Of a stretch of 64,000 nt of DNA, positions 50,724 to 64,000 are shown in pieces. The DNA is from Eledone cirrhosa. Its lineage: Eukaryota. The notes below the pieces were generated by a model. That model made no database searches and had not been told where the DNA came from. It saw only the letters and a program-made list of their open reading frames with translations. Position numbers and translations under genes: made by a program. Where the stretch lies: assembly GCA_964016885.1 (NCBI GenBank), contig OZ024742.1:206646001-206710000 (forward strand). The letters are read 5' to 3'. Numbering within the stretch: position 1 is the first letter of the stretch; each line of letters begins with the position of its first letter.

Positions 50724-51603
50724 GGGGGGGGATGAGAGTGAGGGATAGAAAGAAAGAAAGAGAGAGAGAGAGGAGGAGGGAGAGACAACATCGCTGCTAT
50801 TCATTCAACTCTACAGGATTCTTGTCATCCAGAACCTACATTATCATCATCATCACCAGCATCACAATTGTTGTTGTCATTACTCATTATCATCATCTTT
50901 TTCCTCATTGCATTGTTGTTGTTGTTGTTGTTGTCATCATCATTGTCATTAGGTTCTTCATCATCGTTATCCTTATCATCACTGCCCTTTGTTATTGTTA
51001 TGGTTGACTCATTCATTGTTGTTGTTATGGTGTTTGCCCCCCCATCGAAACTGGTGCTGTCATTGTTTAATTAGATCACTTGACTAATGTTGTTTTTCTG
51101 GTTTTCCTTATAGTAGTATCAGTTGTTTTTGTTGTTCCGATAGATATTGTTGTTGCTTCAATAGAAGTTGTTGTTATTGTTTTAATGGTTATAGTTGTTG
51201 CTCCAGTAGAAGTTGCTGTTGGTGTTGTCATAATAGAAGTTGTTGTTGTTGTTGTTGCTCTGGTTTCCCCAATAGAAATGACATTTACTGTTCACACCTC
51301 TAAGGGCTCAGTTGGCCTATGAGATTGCATCACAGAATTTTTTAGGAGTGTTTTAATTATAGTGGCTCAACCCTATCATGAAAAGCATTATAAAATGAAG
51401 TGTCTTCTTCAAAACAATGTGCTGCTCTGTCCAGGAACTGAACCCATGCCCATAAGAATGTGAGTCAATTACTCTAACCACTGGACCACATACCTTCACA
51501 AATTACTGTTACTGTTGATGTTGATCCGGATACTCCAATAAAAGTAGTTATTATGGTGTTGGTTACTACCTAAATGGTTGTTGTTGCTGTTGTTGCTTCA
51601 ATA

Positions 51604-51946
51604 CACAGGTTCTCAAACTTTTTTGGGCACTGCTCCCCTCACAGCCACATAATAACCTCATCGCCCCCACTTTTATTTCCAAAGAGACCTGCCTACATGC
51701 AAATTGTAAATGATATATAATAAATACAAATCGTTAATTTATATATAATAAATTATACAATATATACTATGTATAAATAAATATACATTTTTTATTTTAC
51801 TATATTTATATATAATATATATCATTTGATATTTAATATACTATTATATCATATGTAGTGCCTCCTTAGGCATCAGCACTCCCTTGGACTTTCTCAATGC
51901 CCTCGGGGAGGGGGGGGGGCAGTAGCACCCACTTCGAGAATCTCTG
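51604..51946. mobile_element. hAT-type MITE
   Basis: TIRs CACAGGTTCTCAAA / TTCGAGAATCTCTG; 8-bp TSD CTTCAATA / CTTTAATA. Confidence 0.75.
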
Positions 51947-52874
51947 CTTTAATAGATGTTCAGTGTTACAATATGAGTTGAAGTGACAGAAAGGTTTCAA
52001 ATAAAATTCACTTGAAGTTTGAAACATCTGGGGAGAGGATGTGGCTGTAAGAGCTGTGCCTCAGGCAAGTTTGGCAGAGTATTTTGAATTCCATTCTGTA
52101 TATGGTTCCATGTTGAAAACGCTTAATATCGTCATCTTTCTTTCCTTATCAACATCATCATCATCATCATCATCAATAACAATTACACCCATAGGATGAA
52201 TCAATCAGTTTGATAGGCCATCAGAGAATGGGTTGCTTAGAAGGGGGGGGGGGGTCAGGAGCAGTGGCTGTAGAGAAATAGTGGTGGTGGTGCCAATAGT
52301 GATGTTGGGGAAAACAAAAAGCAATTCTTGTGTTGGGAAGCATATCAAGGGACTACTTGTGTCAGGAAGCATATCAAGGGACTGCATCATGCATATGCAT
52401 GCTGCAGTCCCTCTTCCTCTTTGTCCCCTCCCCCACCATTTCCATCTCTCTCTCTCACTCCCTACTTCTCTATAACTTTCTATTCTACTCTTTTCTCCTA
52501 TCACTGCACAGTTTTCTCTTTATTTTGTTGCTGTTGTTCTTACTGTTGTATTTGACTGTCTTTGTGGTTGTAGTCAACCCTTTGTAGTTGTTGTTATTTA
52601 TTATTCACTTAACAATAACCAGATGTATGCATGTTTCTGGTGGAGAGAAGTGACTCCTCTCCACACACCCCACCTTAGTTGAAAGTTGGTGGTGATCTGA
52701 TGGGGCAGGGTTGGCAGGGTGGAAAGTGGGGGTAGGAAGCGTGCTTGTTTGTGTGTGAGAAATAGCGGGTGGAGGGGGTGGGTAGATGGGTGAAGACAGA
52801 AGGAGAGAGAGAAAAAGTAAAGACACGGAGAAAGGGAAACAAAAAGAAACAATAAATGTGATAGACAGGGGGAA

Positions 52875-52875
52875 G

Positions 52876-52927
<52 letters not shown>

Positions 52928-52975
52928 ATATATATATAGAAAGAAAATTAGATAGATAGAGAGAGAGAGAGAGAT
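52875..52975. repeat. (GA)n/(TA)n microsatellite
   Basis: Direct read. Confidence 0.9.
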
Positions 52976-53368
52976 TCTTCCTCTATTCTGCAAATCTATC
53001 TAGCCAGTTTTGGGGAGAGGAGGTGATGAAGGTGGGAGGTGAGAGAAGGGTAGTTGGTGTGATGATTTGCAACTTGTATTATTTTGTCAACATGTCTGCC
53101 AGGCTAAGGACAACAGCGCGGGGGGGGGGGGTTAAAAACTTCAGATTCATTTGACAATGGCCTGTCTTGACTCATTAGCTTTGATCTGCAACTTCTGGTG
53201 GCTTCTGTAGTGGATTTGTGTCTATATGTGTGTGTGTCAAAGAAGGTCAGCTTCTGATCTGACACTGCATCATAGATTACATCAGATGCTTTAATGCATT
53301 GAACCATTATTATTAGAAACGGGACTATATATATATATATATATGTGTGTATGTATGTTTATATATAT

Positions 53369-54535
53369 CATCATCATCATCATCACCGTTTTACGTCCGT
53401 TCTTCCATGCTAGCATGGGTTAGATGGGTTGTCCTGTTGTGGGCAGTGTCCAGTCGGCTGACCTTGTCCTGCTCATACAGGAACTGATTCTGGCTTGATT
53501 TCTACAGCTGGAGCCCTTCCTAACACCAACCTCATTTACAGTGAGTGCTGGGTGCTTTTTCCCGTCGCGCCTACACATCCACTTTACAGTGTGGGCTGGG
53601 TGCTTTTTTGCTGTGGCACCTCCACGACCACTTTGCAGCGGGAGGGTGTGGGGGCATATTGTCTATATGCTTCAGCTTAGGCTTGTTCTTATGGGGGGGG
53701 GGTCGAGTCTTCTGTATTACTGGGTGATGCCAGAGGTCACGGTCGTGTGTCATTGCTCTTGAGGGTGCAATTGGGTAAGGTCGACCTTTATCACCTCATC
53801 CCAGGTCTTCTTGGGTCTCCCCACTCCGCGGTTTCCATCGACTTCTAGTACTCTGCACCTTTTATACAGCTGTCATCTTTCATACGCATCACATGTCCAT
53901 ACCAACACAACCTCCTCTCCTGCACACAGCATTTGATTCCTCTTATGCTCAGTCTCTCTCTCAATTCGTTTATAATTTGCTGTTCGCGTATATTACTATT
54001 AAACATCCATCGGAGCATGCAGTTTTCATTTCTTTCTAATCTACGCAAATCTTCTACAGACAGCGCCCAGGTTTCACTTCCATGTAACAGTGCTGTTCGG
54101 ATACACGCATCATACAGTCTGCCTTTCATTTTGATGGAAAAGCCTTTTGCAGCTAGCAGTGGCAGTAGCTCCCTGAACTTCTTCCATCCTGTTCTTACCC
54201 TTGTTATTGTACTTTCCGAACACCCACTTCTGTTGCTAATTCAGTCACCTAGGTAGCAGAAACTGTCTACTGTTTCTGCAGAGCCCTCCTATTTGCTGCT
54301 TGCTGTCCCAGCGCAGCTGCTATATATGAAGCCTACATTTTTAGTTAAACTTCCTGAGATCCTACAAGATCTCTTGTGTACCCATTGTTTGCATTTGGGG
54401 TGGAGGATGGAGTTCCTACCTACACCTTTCCTACATACTGAGCAAGGCCACTTCCCTGAGGGGATCTGGGTTCTATTTTCTCGTTTACTTACAAGAACCT
54501 TAGTCTTTGTCAGGTTGACTTTGAGACCCCTTTCT
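53369..54535 (-). mobile_element. RTE-clade LINE 3' fragment, same subfamily as 28810-30646
   Basis: SGKWPCSVCRKGVGRNSI, LYDACIRTALLHGSETW, shared 3' UTR and (CAT)n tail. Confidence 0.9.
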
Positions 54536-54547
54536 TTATATGTATAT

Positions 54548-55447
54548 ACTAGCATTAAAGCCCGGCGTTGCTCGGGGTCATTAAGTTACCAAAGTTAGGT
54601 TGCACCACCCATTTTATGGCAGCACTTTTTTGTCTGCCAGGCACTGGGTGAATGAATTGCAGACCTGGAAGCATGAGCTGCGCCAGCAGTGACAATTGTA
54701 GTTTCGCCTATGGATATTATCTCTGTGCAAAAAAGTGTTGAAATTTATTGTTTCACAGTACTTGCGCAACACGCGCGTAGACGATGCCAGCCGAACAACA
54801 GAGCTGCGATGGAGTTGTTCTGCATGGTTGTCTATGTGTTTTCTAAATTCAAGACAGTAGGGAGGGTTGTGATATGAGGGAGAGTTAGCTGTTGTTTCTA
54901 GCAGGTTTAGTGACCTCATAGGGGATATGTGTTTTCTAAATTTAAGACAGTAGGGAGTGGTGTGATATGGGGGAGAGTTAGCTGCTGTTTCTAGCAGGTT
55001 TAGTGACCTCATAGAAGATATGTTTTCTAAATTTAAGACAGTAGGGAGGGGTGTGATATGGCGGAGAGTTAGCTGCTGTTTCTAGCAGGTTTAGTAACCT
55101 CATAGAGGATATGTGTTTTCTAAATTTAAGACAGTAGGGAGTGGTGTGAACGGACAGTATCAGCATCGAGCTTGGAAAGAGAAAGTAGCAGAAAGTATGA
55201 AGTTGTATAAATTTTGAATGGTAGTAGAAAGAGTTCAGCAGTTTAAATGCGAGAGAAAAATCGCAAAATATTGAGTTTTATCTATTTTTTGCGTAATTGT
55301 GGGTGAAATTGAAAAAAATTATCTGTGTCAAGACGCAATCGAAACTATTTCGAATACTGAATTGTAAATTTCAATTGAAGAAATTCTATATCGTAGATTT
55401 CTATAACGAAGGAACATGACCACACACTGAGCTTTATAGATTATGAT
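54548..55447 (+). mobile_element. Non-autonomous Helitron/Helentron-like element with an internal tandem array
   Basis: 5' TACTAG...CCCGGCGTTGCTCGGG hairpin end, 3' CTTTATAGAT end, TA-rich flanks, no TIR/TSD. Confidence 0.55.
54834..55149. repeat. Tandem repeat of about 92-93 bp, about 3.4 copies
   Basis: Units start near 54834, 54927, 55018 and 55111 (ATGTGTTTTCTAAATT.AAGACAGTAGGGAG...). Confidence 0.9.
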
Positions 55448-56625
55448 ATATATATATATATATATGGCGGGGGGGGGGGGGGGGCGGAGTATGTATGTGT
55501 GCATATGCATATGTGTATTTCATATTTGCTTGTACATTTCACTGAGAGTGAATGTGTAGGTGCATGTGTTTGTGTGTGTGTATATGTCTATGTATGTATT
55601 TCTGAGTATGCTTATATTTGTGTGCATGCATACATAGTTTTTTTTTCAGCCTATAAACACATGTATGTTTATATTTGTATTTTCTGTGAGTGTATGTGTG
55701 TGTGCATGTATTTATGTGTTACACATGACTACATACACATGTATATGAGAACACCAATATATTTAGAGGGGAAAAGTAACTTCTAATTGGTTGCTCAATC
55801 TGCTAGACACAACAGTCAAATGTCACTCAAATAACATCCTGTTGTCCTGTTGTCTTAAATATGGAAAGACACTTAGTAATGTATTTCTAGATAAACAAAA
55901 TGAATGCTGCAAATCATAAGTCAGACCTCATCTGGGTCTATAAAGAACAATAACTGTTTGCATAAATGTTTTTGTTTGTTTTGTTGATTGCTTTGCATAT
56001 TGTTGTTGTAATGGAATTATTTGTGCATCTTACCATCAATTTGTTAGTTTTGTTACTTGAGTTTGCCTTAACTGAGCAGATCTTATCACATAAAGGCAAA
56101 AATAGTCAGTCAAATGTTGAGATGGGATCCATATTTCCATTTCATTAGATATAGTCGCACACAGTGAAGGACCATATTGTGTAGTCAATGTAGTAGCTTA
56201 CAGTATGTGCAGGCAGGCCTGTATAAGCTAGAAATAGGCTCAGGTCAGATAAATAATATAGGCCCTGGTCAGATGTGAAATGTAGGTTCCATTTAAAGCA
56301 GTCCTAAATACAAATAATTTATGTATAGCTTACAGGTATAATGTAGCATCTTTAATGTAACATAACAGAATAAAAGAGTTATAACTCAAGGAAAGTTTCC
56401 TTCAAATTCATAAGCTCATGCCAACTAACCTACATGCACCATCCCCTTTATCTGACCTGTGTGCTGGTAGGTGAGGGGGAATACAATGTGACATTCTATG
56501 TTTTCTTTACTGGCCAGTCTGTTTTTGTATGCCAGCAGTGATTGTTACGCCTCTGGTCAGCTCCAATCAAGCAAACACATAAACAAAAACATTCCAGCTA
56601 TGGAAATGTTGTCTTTCACTTAAGG

Positions 56626-56987
56626 CAAAGGTTCTCAAAGTGGGCGCTACGACCCCCTGCGTGTGTGTGTGTGTGTATGGGGTGGGGGGCATTGAGAAGG
56701 TCCAAGGTGGCAGTGTGGGTGAAGGAAGCAGTAGAGATGATACAATAATATATTAAATATCAAATGATACATATATATAAATATAATAAAATAAAAAAAT
56801 TCATATTTATTTATACATAGCATATATTATATTATTTATAAATATGAATTAATGATTTTATTTATTATATATATAAATATATACAATTTCTGTGTTGACA
56901 GGTCTCTCTGGAAATAGGGTTGGGGCACTGAGTGTATTTACATGGCTATGAAGAGGGCGGTGGCCCCCAAAAATTTGAGAACCTCTG
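56626..56987. mobile_element. hAT-type MITE, inverted copy of 51604-51946
   Basis: TIRs CAAAGGTTCTCAAA / TTTGAGAACCTCTG; TSD-like ACTTAAGG / ATTTAAGA; internal AT-rich core is the reverse complement of 51700-51850. Confidence 0.75.
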
Positions 56988-57025
56988 ATTTAAGACATAA
57001 ACAATCAAATGTGTCCTATTTTGTT

Positions 57026-60000
57026 AATAATAATAATAATAATAATAATAATGATTTCATTTATTGGCCACAAGGGCCGACATATAGCGGACAATACAAA
57101 AGACAGGGACAGTGGGGTTTTACAGAAAAATCGAGTAAACAATATGAATAACAATAACAAAGTAACAGTAACAAAGTAACAATAAAGTTACAAGATAATT
57201 ACAACAAGAAAAAATTCCCCAATAGGGGGGATGACCACCTAGGGTTCGCTCAGGTACCCCACCAATCCTAAAGGACCCGACGCTTCGAGAGCACCCTGGA
57301 AGGGCACCCCTCTCCTCCTCAAATTTACCTACCTACAGCCGCATGACCAGTGTAGGCCCACTCACACGGGCCATTCTCGCCACATTCACCCACCTTTCAG
57401 CAAATGTACTGGGGGTGGGGGGGGGGGGGGGGGGCAGCACTTCTCTCTCCACCCTCACCTTCCTTTCCAAGTGAAACTTGAAAAAGTTGTTGAGGGATTG
57501 GCCGAAGAGAAAAGTGTCTGTCTTCAGTCCTTTCAACCTCGTCCACCATACAACCTTTTTCGCTACTGCCACCAAACAGAGGAAAATTGCCTGCCCTTCC
57601 TGGCCAAAAGAAGGCGGCGGATCGATCTTCACTATGGACTCGGCCGATAGCCGGATCCGTTCTACACGCGACAAGAGCTGTTCGACATAACTCCACAAGT
57701 CAGTAATGCACGGAGACTGGACGAGTGCGTGCAGAACGGTTTCGTCGCTCTGCGCGCATCACGGGAACGTTCGTCTGACAGTACTTCCGTGCCTGTAGAG
57801 TTTATCTCGAACCGGTAGTGCCCCCTCGGTAGCACTGCCAAGCGAGGGATTTTTGTAAATTATCCATCGTCCCCGGCTCGAAAGTCCTCCGGTACAGACT
57901 GGTTAGTTCGACTTCGTTGACTCCCAGAGCCTCTCTGAGTGTGTGGTCGTACTTGCCCACCACTAATCCTCTATAGAACTCGAGAGTGGAAGTTCTACTG
58001 ACCGCATTGCCCGGCTGGTAGAGGGCAGTGAGTGCCTGGCAACATTCCAGATGCCAGTCACCCAGTCTCGGTCTCTTCTTGACCCAGGACTGCAGCTCAG
58101 TCAAAGAAACTAGCTGCGGAAAGGCCCGTCTGACAAACGGCGACCACACCTGTTCACCGTTTAGGCAGAATATCTGGAGATGCCGCAGCCTCAGCGCGTG
58201 CCTGCGCATCATTAGCCACGGCATGCCCAGCCCTCCACGTAGAGGGTGCTGGCAGCAGATGGACCGCCTCACCAGCGGAACCTGACCCCTCCACAAGAAT
58301 TTGAAGAAGAGCCGCTCCAAGATGGCGAGGCGCGAACGGGGGCAAGGGACGACGGTCAGACGGTAGTAGATGACGGACGCGATGTACGCGTTCCCCACCT
58401 CCGCCCGACCTTTCAGTGATAGCTTCATCCCAGCCCATTTCTGGGTGAGACTGGCTACCCTGCTCGTCACCTCGTCCCAATTATTATCCACCTGGAGGTC
58501 TGGCCCGAACCAAACCCCTAGCAACTTTACCGGTCCGTCCGTCCAGCGCCTAACGACGCTGTTGGACGGCATGGACTTGCTTCTCCAGGTGCTGAGTTGC
58601 AAGTCCACCGAATTTTCCGGGTTAAGTTTTGGTCCCGTCAACCTTTCATATTCCTCCAATAAGTTGCCGACCACCTCGATTTCTGAGGTGTCCGACACCA
58701 TCACGGTGATGTCGTCCGCATAAGCCGACACAACCTTTCCGCGTCCCCGTTCGAACAGGATGCCCTGCAACAGCTCCAGCTTCCGCAGTAAAGGCTCGAG
58801 AGTCAATACGTGCAGAAGGCAGGAGATAGGGCATCCTTGACCGACCGATCGGGTGACCTGAAACGTTTCCGAGAGGTGGCAATTAATTTTGACGATCGAG
58901 CAGGTGCTGCTGTGCATTGCAGCGATCCAGCTTCTGAAGACGGGGCCGAAGCCAACCGCCTTGAGGACAGCCTCCAGGTACCGATGGTCGACTCTATCGA
59001 ATGCTTTCGATTGATCTAAATTTATCAGAGCCCCACCGAAGCCAGGTTTACACCATACCCTCTCTACGATGTATCGCATTAGGTGGAGATTGTCGTGTAT
59101 GGACCTGGTTGGGATTGCGCATGTTTGCGCGTCCCCAACCAAATCCCCGACAACAAGCGCCAATCTCTTCGTAAACACCCTGGCCAAATCTTAAACTCTG
59201 TGTTGAGCAGAGTTATGGGCCTGAAATTATCTAATGTGTCCCTATTGTTCTCGTCTTTCCTTATCAGCGTCACTACGCCCCGGCTCACAGAACTGGGAAT
59301 ACTCCCGTTTTGCTGCCAGTTGCAGTAGAGGGCTTCAAGTCTGGCATATTTACGTAAAGCTCTTAGGGCAGACCATCCAAACCGGATGACTTGCGCTTCA
59401 TGCATCCGACAAGGGTATCCTGAATCTCGGCTGAAGTAATTGGCCTTTCGCAGCGCCCAGCGTCAGCCGTCGAGAGTTGTGGCAAGCCATCGAGGTAGGG
59501 ACTGAAGTCCGCCACCATCTCTGACCCGCCACTTCCCCCGAACAACCGAGCAAAATGTTGGCGAAAGGCCTCACACATCCTCTCGGAATCGCTCAGCTCG
59601 TGCCCGTCTCGGTCCGTCAAAGACCGAATCGTGGTTTTATTACCACGCTACGCCTCTGCCACGCGGGCCCATCGAACAGCTTTGGTTCCCTCGTTTCTCA
59701 GAGCACGCACCTTAGCTGTGACAATGCAACATTCGTGTTTCGCATTGAAGAAATGGTCTAATGCCATTCTCGCCGCTAGCACGTCAGTTGCAATGCCACT
59801 ACCAATAGCCTCGTTTAACTTATCTACCAACTCCCCCTCCTTTCTATTTTTCTCTAACGCTACTTCTTTGCTAAACTCTATCGACATTACTCTAATCTCA
59901 GTTTTCAGAGCCCTCCACCATCTATTGTTGACGACTCCCCCTGTCAACTTTTTCTTAACTAAATTGTTGACCTGGTCCCTGTAAGCCTTACGTGCCGGAA

Positions 60001-61365
60001 ATGACATGTTTAGCTACCAGTAACCAGGTCCTAACCTACGCGTCTTATCTAGGTCGACCATACAGATCACAAACTTATGATCTGAATAGGCGACCGTTTC
60101 AAAACGTGGACAGCTTACACTATTTCTGTCTATTTTCCTAATGAATATCCTGTCTATATACGATCTAGATGACCCTATGTGGTTAGCCGAGGTCCACACT
60201 GGCGCATTAGGGAAATCTAGTCGGTATCTGTCAGACAGTTGGAACTGGCTGATCAGGTTCTTGAGGCTTTTGCACCCCCCGCTCCTATCGGATACTCCCA
60301 CACAGTCCCAGCGTGCGTCTAAGATGCCGTTCCAGTCCCCCGCTAACAGTAAAGGGCGAGACGTACCCAGAAAGGCTTCCAGGCGTCTAAAGAAGTCCGG
60401 CCGTCCTGCCCCAGTAGGAGCATAGACGGCCACCAGTCTAAAGGCACCACCTTCGTTATTGTTCACGTCCAGGACCACCAACTTCCCATCCGCGTCCCGG
60501 AAGATCGACCTTACCTCCAGATCCAGGCCTATCCTAAACAGCAATGCCACCCCGCCTCCCATTCCCGGCCGGCTAACATATGCAAAGATCTGATAGTCGT
60601 CGAAAATGGGGGCTAGTGCGCGCGTGTCGGAAATCCTGGTCTCGCTGACGGCAATTACATCCCTTTCTATTGACCTGAGGTCGTTGAGCAGGTGGCCCTG
60701 CTTCCAGGACGATCCCAGGCCTCGAACATTTAAACATCCTACTCTTAATACGGTCATGTTGGCAGGTTAAAAAGAGAGAGAGGAAGGTTTACTTACCTTC
60801 CGGGCTCTTGTGAAGGTCGGGTTGTTCGACCTCCATAGTTGGTGGGGTTTCTTTTGGGAACCCCTTTAAAAGTCTTGAAGTGGGTTTTACGTTCGGGGTT
60901 CCCACGTCCCGAGGAAAGCTGTCTCGTATTTCTTTGAATATATCGAGTGACATTCGAACCAGAACCAAATCTTCCGGCATGCGAAATGTGCTCAATTTAA
61001 AAATTTCCCCCTCTTTTTGTATATTTTCACTTCGTGGTACGAGGGCCATCAGTTCCTTGTTGGCCCTCCTGACGAGCACGAAGTTTTGTATGTTTTGTTG
61101 GTGTGCAAAACCAGCAAGGTCATAATGTACTCCTCCCACATGGGAAAAAGAACGGCCCGTCTCCGCATTCCCAGAATCCCACCAGGACTTGACATGTGGT
61201 GGCTTCTGGGATGTGTGATTGTGGAGGGGACGGATACCGTCCCTATAGAAGTGACCAGAACGGCCAGAGAGGACTGGTCCGGGGTTGACCTGGAGATCCT
61301 TCTCCAGATCAGGCCCGAGAATGTGAAGACAATCCCGGACCACATCCGCCTTCAGAATGTGGAAA
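57026..61365 (-). mobile_element. Tx1-like LINE with frameshifted ORF2, ORF1 3' end and an inverted ORF1 segment
   Basis: ORF2 pieces from 60757 to 57333 with APE/RT motifs; (AAT)n at 57026-57052; ORF1 C-terminus 61106-60789; plus-strand ORF1 piece at 61107-61365. Confidence 0.9.
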
Positions 61366-63385
61366 CTGTTAACAAGCATTGTGTCTGAGGAAATCTACCA
61401 TCACCTCCACACAAACAACTTGTTACCGGACGAACAGAAAGGATGCCGAAAGAAGTCCCGTGGTACAAAAGACAAGTTACTTATTGATAAGATGGTAATG
61501 AGGAATTGCAGGAGCAGATACACTGGTCTTGCCATTGGATGGATAGATTACAAAAAGGCATTCGACATGGTACCTCATTCTTAGATAACCAAAAGCCTAG
61601 AGATCTTCAGGGTGGCAGATAACATCAGATAGTTGTTGAGCAAAAGTATGAAGTCCTGGGAAACAGAGTTAACATCGGGTGGAGAATCCTTGGGAAGCGT
61701 GAAGATCAAGAGAGGTATCTTCCAGGGAGATAGTTTGTCCCCTCTGTTGTTTGTCCTTGCCCTGATACTCCTGACCATTATACTGCAAAAAGTGAGAGCA
61801 GGATACAAGTTGGGATAAGGAGAGCTTACCATCAATCACCTCCTCTTCATGGACGATCTTAAATTCTTTGGGAAGAGTGAGAAGGAGTTGGATGCACTTG
61901 TTGACACTATCCGTATTTTCAGCAATGATATATGTATGCAATGATATATGGTATTAATAAGTGTGGAGTCGTAGTGATGAAGGGGGTAAATTGAGCAGAA
62001 GTAACAGAATCCAGGTACCAACAGGTGAGATGATAAAGGAAATTGACACTGAAGAAGGATACAAATATTTAGGTGTTCTGGAGGCAGATGACATCAAGAA
62101 CACAAAAATGAAGGAATTGATAAGATCTGAGTACATTAGGAGAGTAAGTAGCATATTAAAATCACATCTAAATAGTAGGATTGTGCAGTGAATTCCCGAG
62201 CTGTGTCTATTATTAGGTACAATGCTGGAATTATGAAATGGAATGTTGCTGAACAAAAATAAATGGATAGGAAAAGTAGGAAGCTATTGACTAGCTACAA
62301 CATGTTCCACAAGAGAAGTGATGTCAATAGACTCTACTTAAGGAGATCTGAGGGTGGAAGAGGTCTTATCAGCATAGAGGACTGTGTTCAGAAGGAGAAA
62401 AACAACCTGCACAAATACGGGACTGACAGTAGGGTGCCAATGCTCAGAATTCTACTGAAGGAGAGGACAATAGACCAGGAGATGTCCTAGGATGAAATAG
62501 CAGCAAGGAGGAAGAGCAACCTTCATGAAAAATCCCTTCATAGTACCTTCTTTGAGAAAACTGAATTTAGAGATCCACAGACATGGAACTGGTTAAAAAG
62601 AGGAGACCTTAAAAAGGCTACAGAAGAAATGCTAATGGCTGTGCAAGAGCAGGCCCTCAGAACAAAGTGGGTGAAACACCATATTTACAAGGAGGAGGCT
62701 AGCCCACTGTGTAGGATCTGTGGAGGGAGAGAGGAGACTGTGGCTCATATTGTATCCGAGTGTAAACACCTACTCCAGACTCACTATAAAGGCTGGAGAC
62801 ATGATGTGATGGGCAGGGTGATCCACTGTAAACAATTTACCACATTCGGAGAAGTGGTATGAACATAAGCCAGAGTCGGTGATAGAAAACGATCAAGTGA
62901 AGGTGCTGTGGGATTTTAGGATACAGACCGACAAGAAATTAGAATACAATAGGCCTGACCTGGTGGTTTGGGACAAGGAAAAAAGATCATGCCTGATTGT
63001 AGATGTAGCCTGCCTATTTGATACGAGAGTGCAAGAAAAGGAGAGGGAGAAAATTAACCGATACCAGGATTTAAAGTGGGAGGTAAAAAGGATTTGGAAC
63101 TGCCATGAAGTCAGAGTCGTCCCGATTGTCATAGGTGCACTAGGTACTATCTCAAAGAGTTTCCAATGATGGTTAAAGAAAATTAGTCCTGCCCCGCTTT
63201 TTGGAACACTTCAAAAGGCATGCTTGCTGGGAACAGCAAGAACCCTCCAATACATCCTGAATATCTGAGGCTGCAGGTAGCGGCTTGATATTCATTTCAA
63301 CAAACTTTCCAGTTAAATAACATCAATGACTGAGACTCAAAGAATAATAATAATAATAATAATAATAGTAATAATAATAATAATA
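61357..63385 (+). mobile_element. 5'-truncated R4/Dong-like RLE retrotransposon, decayed, (TAA)n tail
   Basis: EQKGC, WIDYKKAFDMVPH, GIFQGDSLSPLLF, HLLFMDDLK, CRICGGREETVAHIVSEC, RHD, LWDF..QTD...RPDLV...DVA, PIVIGALG. Confidence 0.9.
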
Positions 63386-64000
63386 AGAAGAAGAAGAAGA
63401 ATAAAAAGAAAAAGAAGAAGAAGAATCGTCTTTGTTTAATGATAATGATTTTTCTGCTTTGGTGGTAAAACATTTTTTTTCTTTTTCCTGTATGAGATTT
63501 AAGTGATTTCATTAGCATCAGCTTTACATTTGAATGTTGTGTAGAAAACTTTTTACCCAAGGATGAGGGCATCTGTACTTCTGCAGTAGAGGCTCTCTTG
63601 TTTACTTGGATAAATGGGCAAATTAAACTCATTCTGAGAGTGACAGTTGTGTTACTGCATTTATCACTAGTGGTGTGCACTGAAGGTTGGCGTTTAGGAT
63701 GAATAAAGATATAGCTACTACTGCTGTTATGTTGATGTATTTGCTTCCTATGGAATGAGTGTGAGGGATAATGTTCGTACAGCAGTATGGTAGTTATGTT
63801 CTGGGGAATTGTAGATGCGTCTGGGTGTTTTGAATGACTGAACATGTAATGGGTTGTAGGGAACTGTCTGGTTGGAGCTTGCTGCAGTAATAAACCTTAT
63901 CTCCCATATGTCCAGATGGTCTTTCATTTTGAGTATTTTTATTTTGTAGTCTAGATTGTCTGTGGGAGGGGCCTGTAATGAACTATTTTATGTTCTTTTG

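Noticed and set aside
50830-51270. Hydrophobic V/I/L-rich ORFs as membrane proteins (also 27585-28220)
   Set aside because: Produced by (GTT)/(CAT) trinucleotide low-complexity sequence
54834-55149. Regular repeats as a possible CRISPR array
   Set aside because: Units are contiguous without unique spacers, there are no cas genes, and the context is eukaryotic
63297-63845. 182-aa minus-strand ORF as a host exon
   Set aside because: No recognisable domain, runs into microsatellite, and no convincing splice sites; cannot be excluded without RNA data

Overview
AT-rich metazoan repeat-dense DNA with no supportable host gene. The (TA)n/(GA)n tracts, SINEs and RTE LINEs resemble cephalopod/mollusc genomes, but the species is an inference. 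The window is dominated by non-LTR retrotransposons. There are seven Tx1/L1-clade copies: one with both ORFs intact (42474-48209), one with a single nonsense codon (6012-12076), and five decayed or truncated. Also present are two R4/Dong-like RLE elements, many RTE copies, CRE-like remnants, two Penelope-like GIY-YIG elements, SINEs, MITEs and a Helentron-like element. Notable patterns: (i) microsatellite targeting, with (ATT)n for most Tx1 copies and Dong but (TATC)n for the intact Tx1; (ii) a splice-donor-like GTAAGT conserved at the ORF1 stop of four divergent Tx1 copies, whose use could fuse ORF1 to ORF2; (iii) at least four well-formed and several degenerate minimal type I hammerhead ribozyme motifs near (TA)n tracts; (iv) a twin-priming-type inversion and two head-to-head Tx1/Dong junctions. 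Boundaries were read by eye and are approximate.
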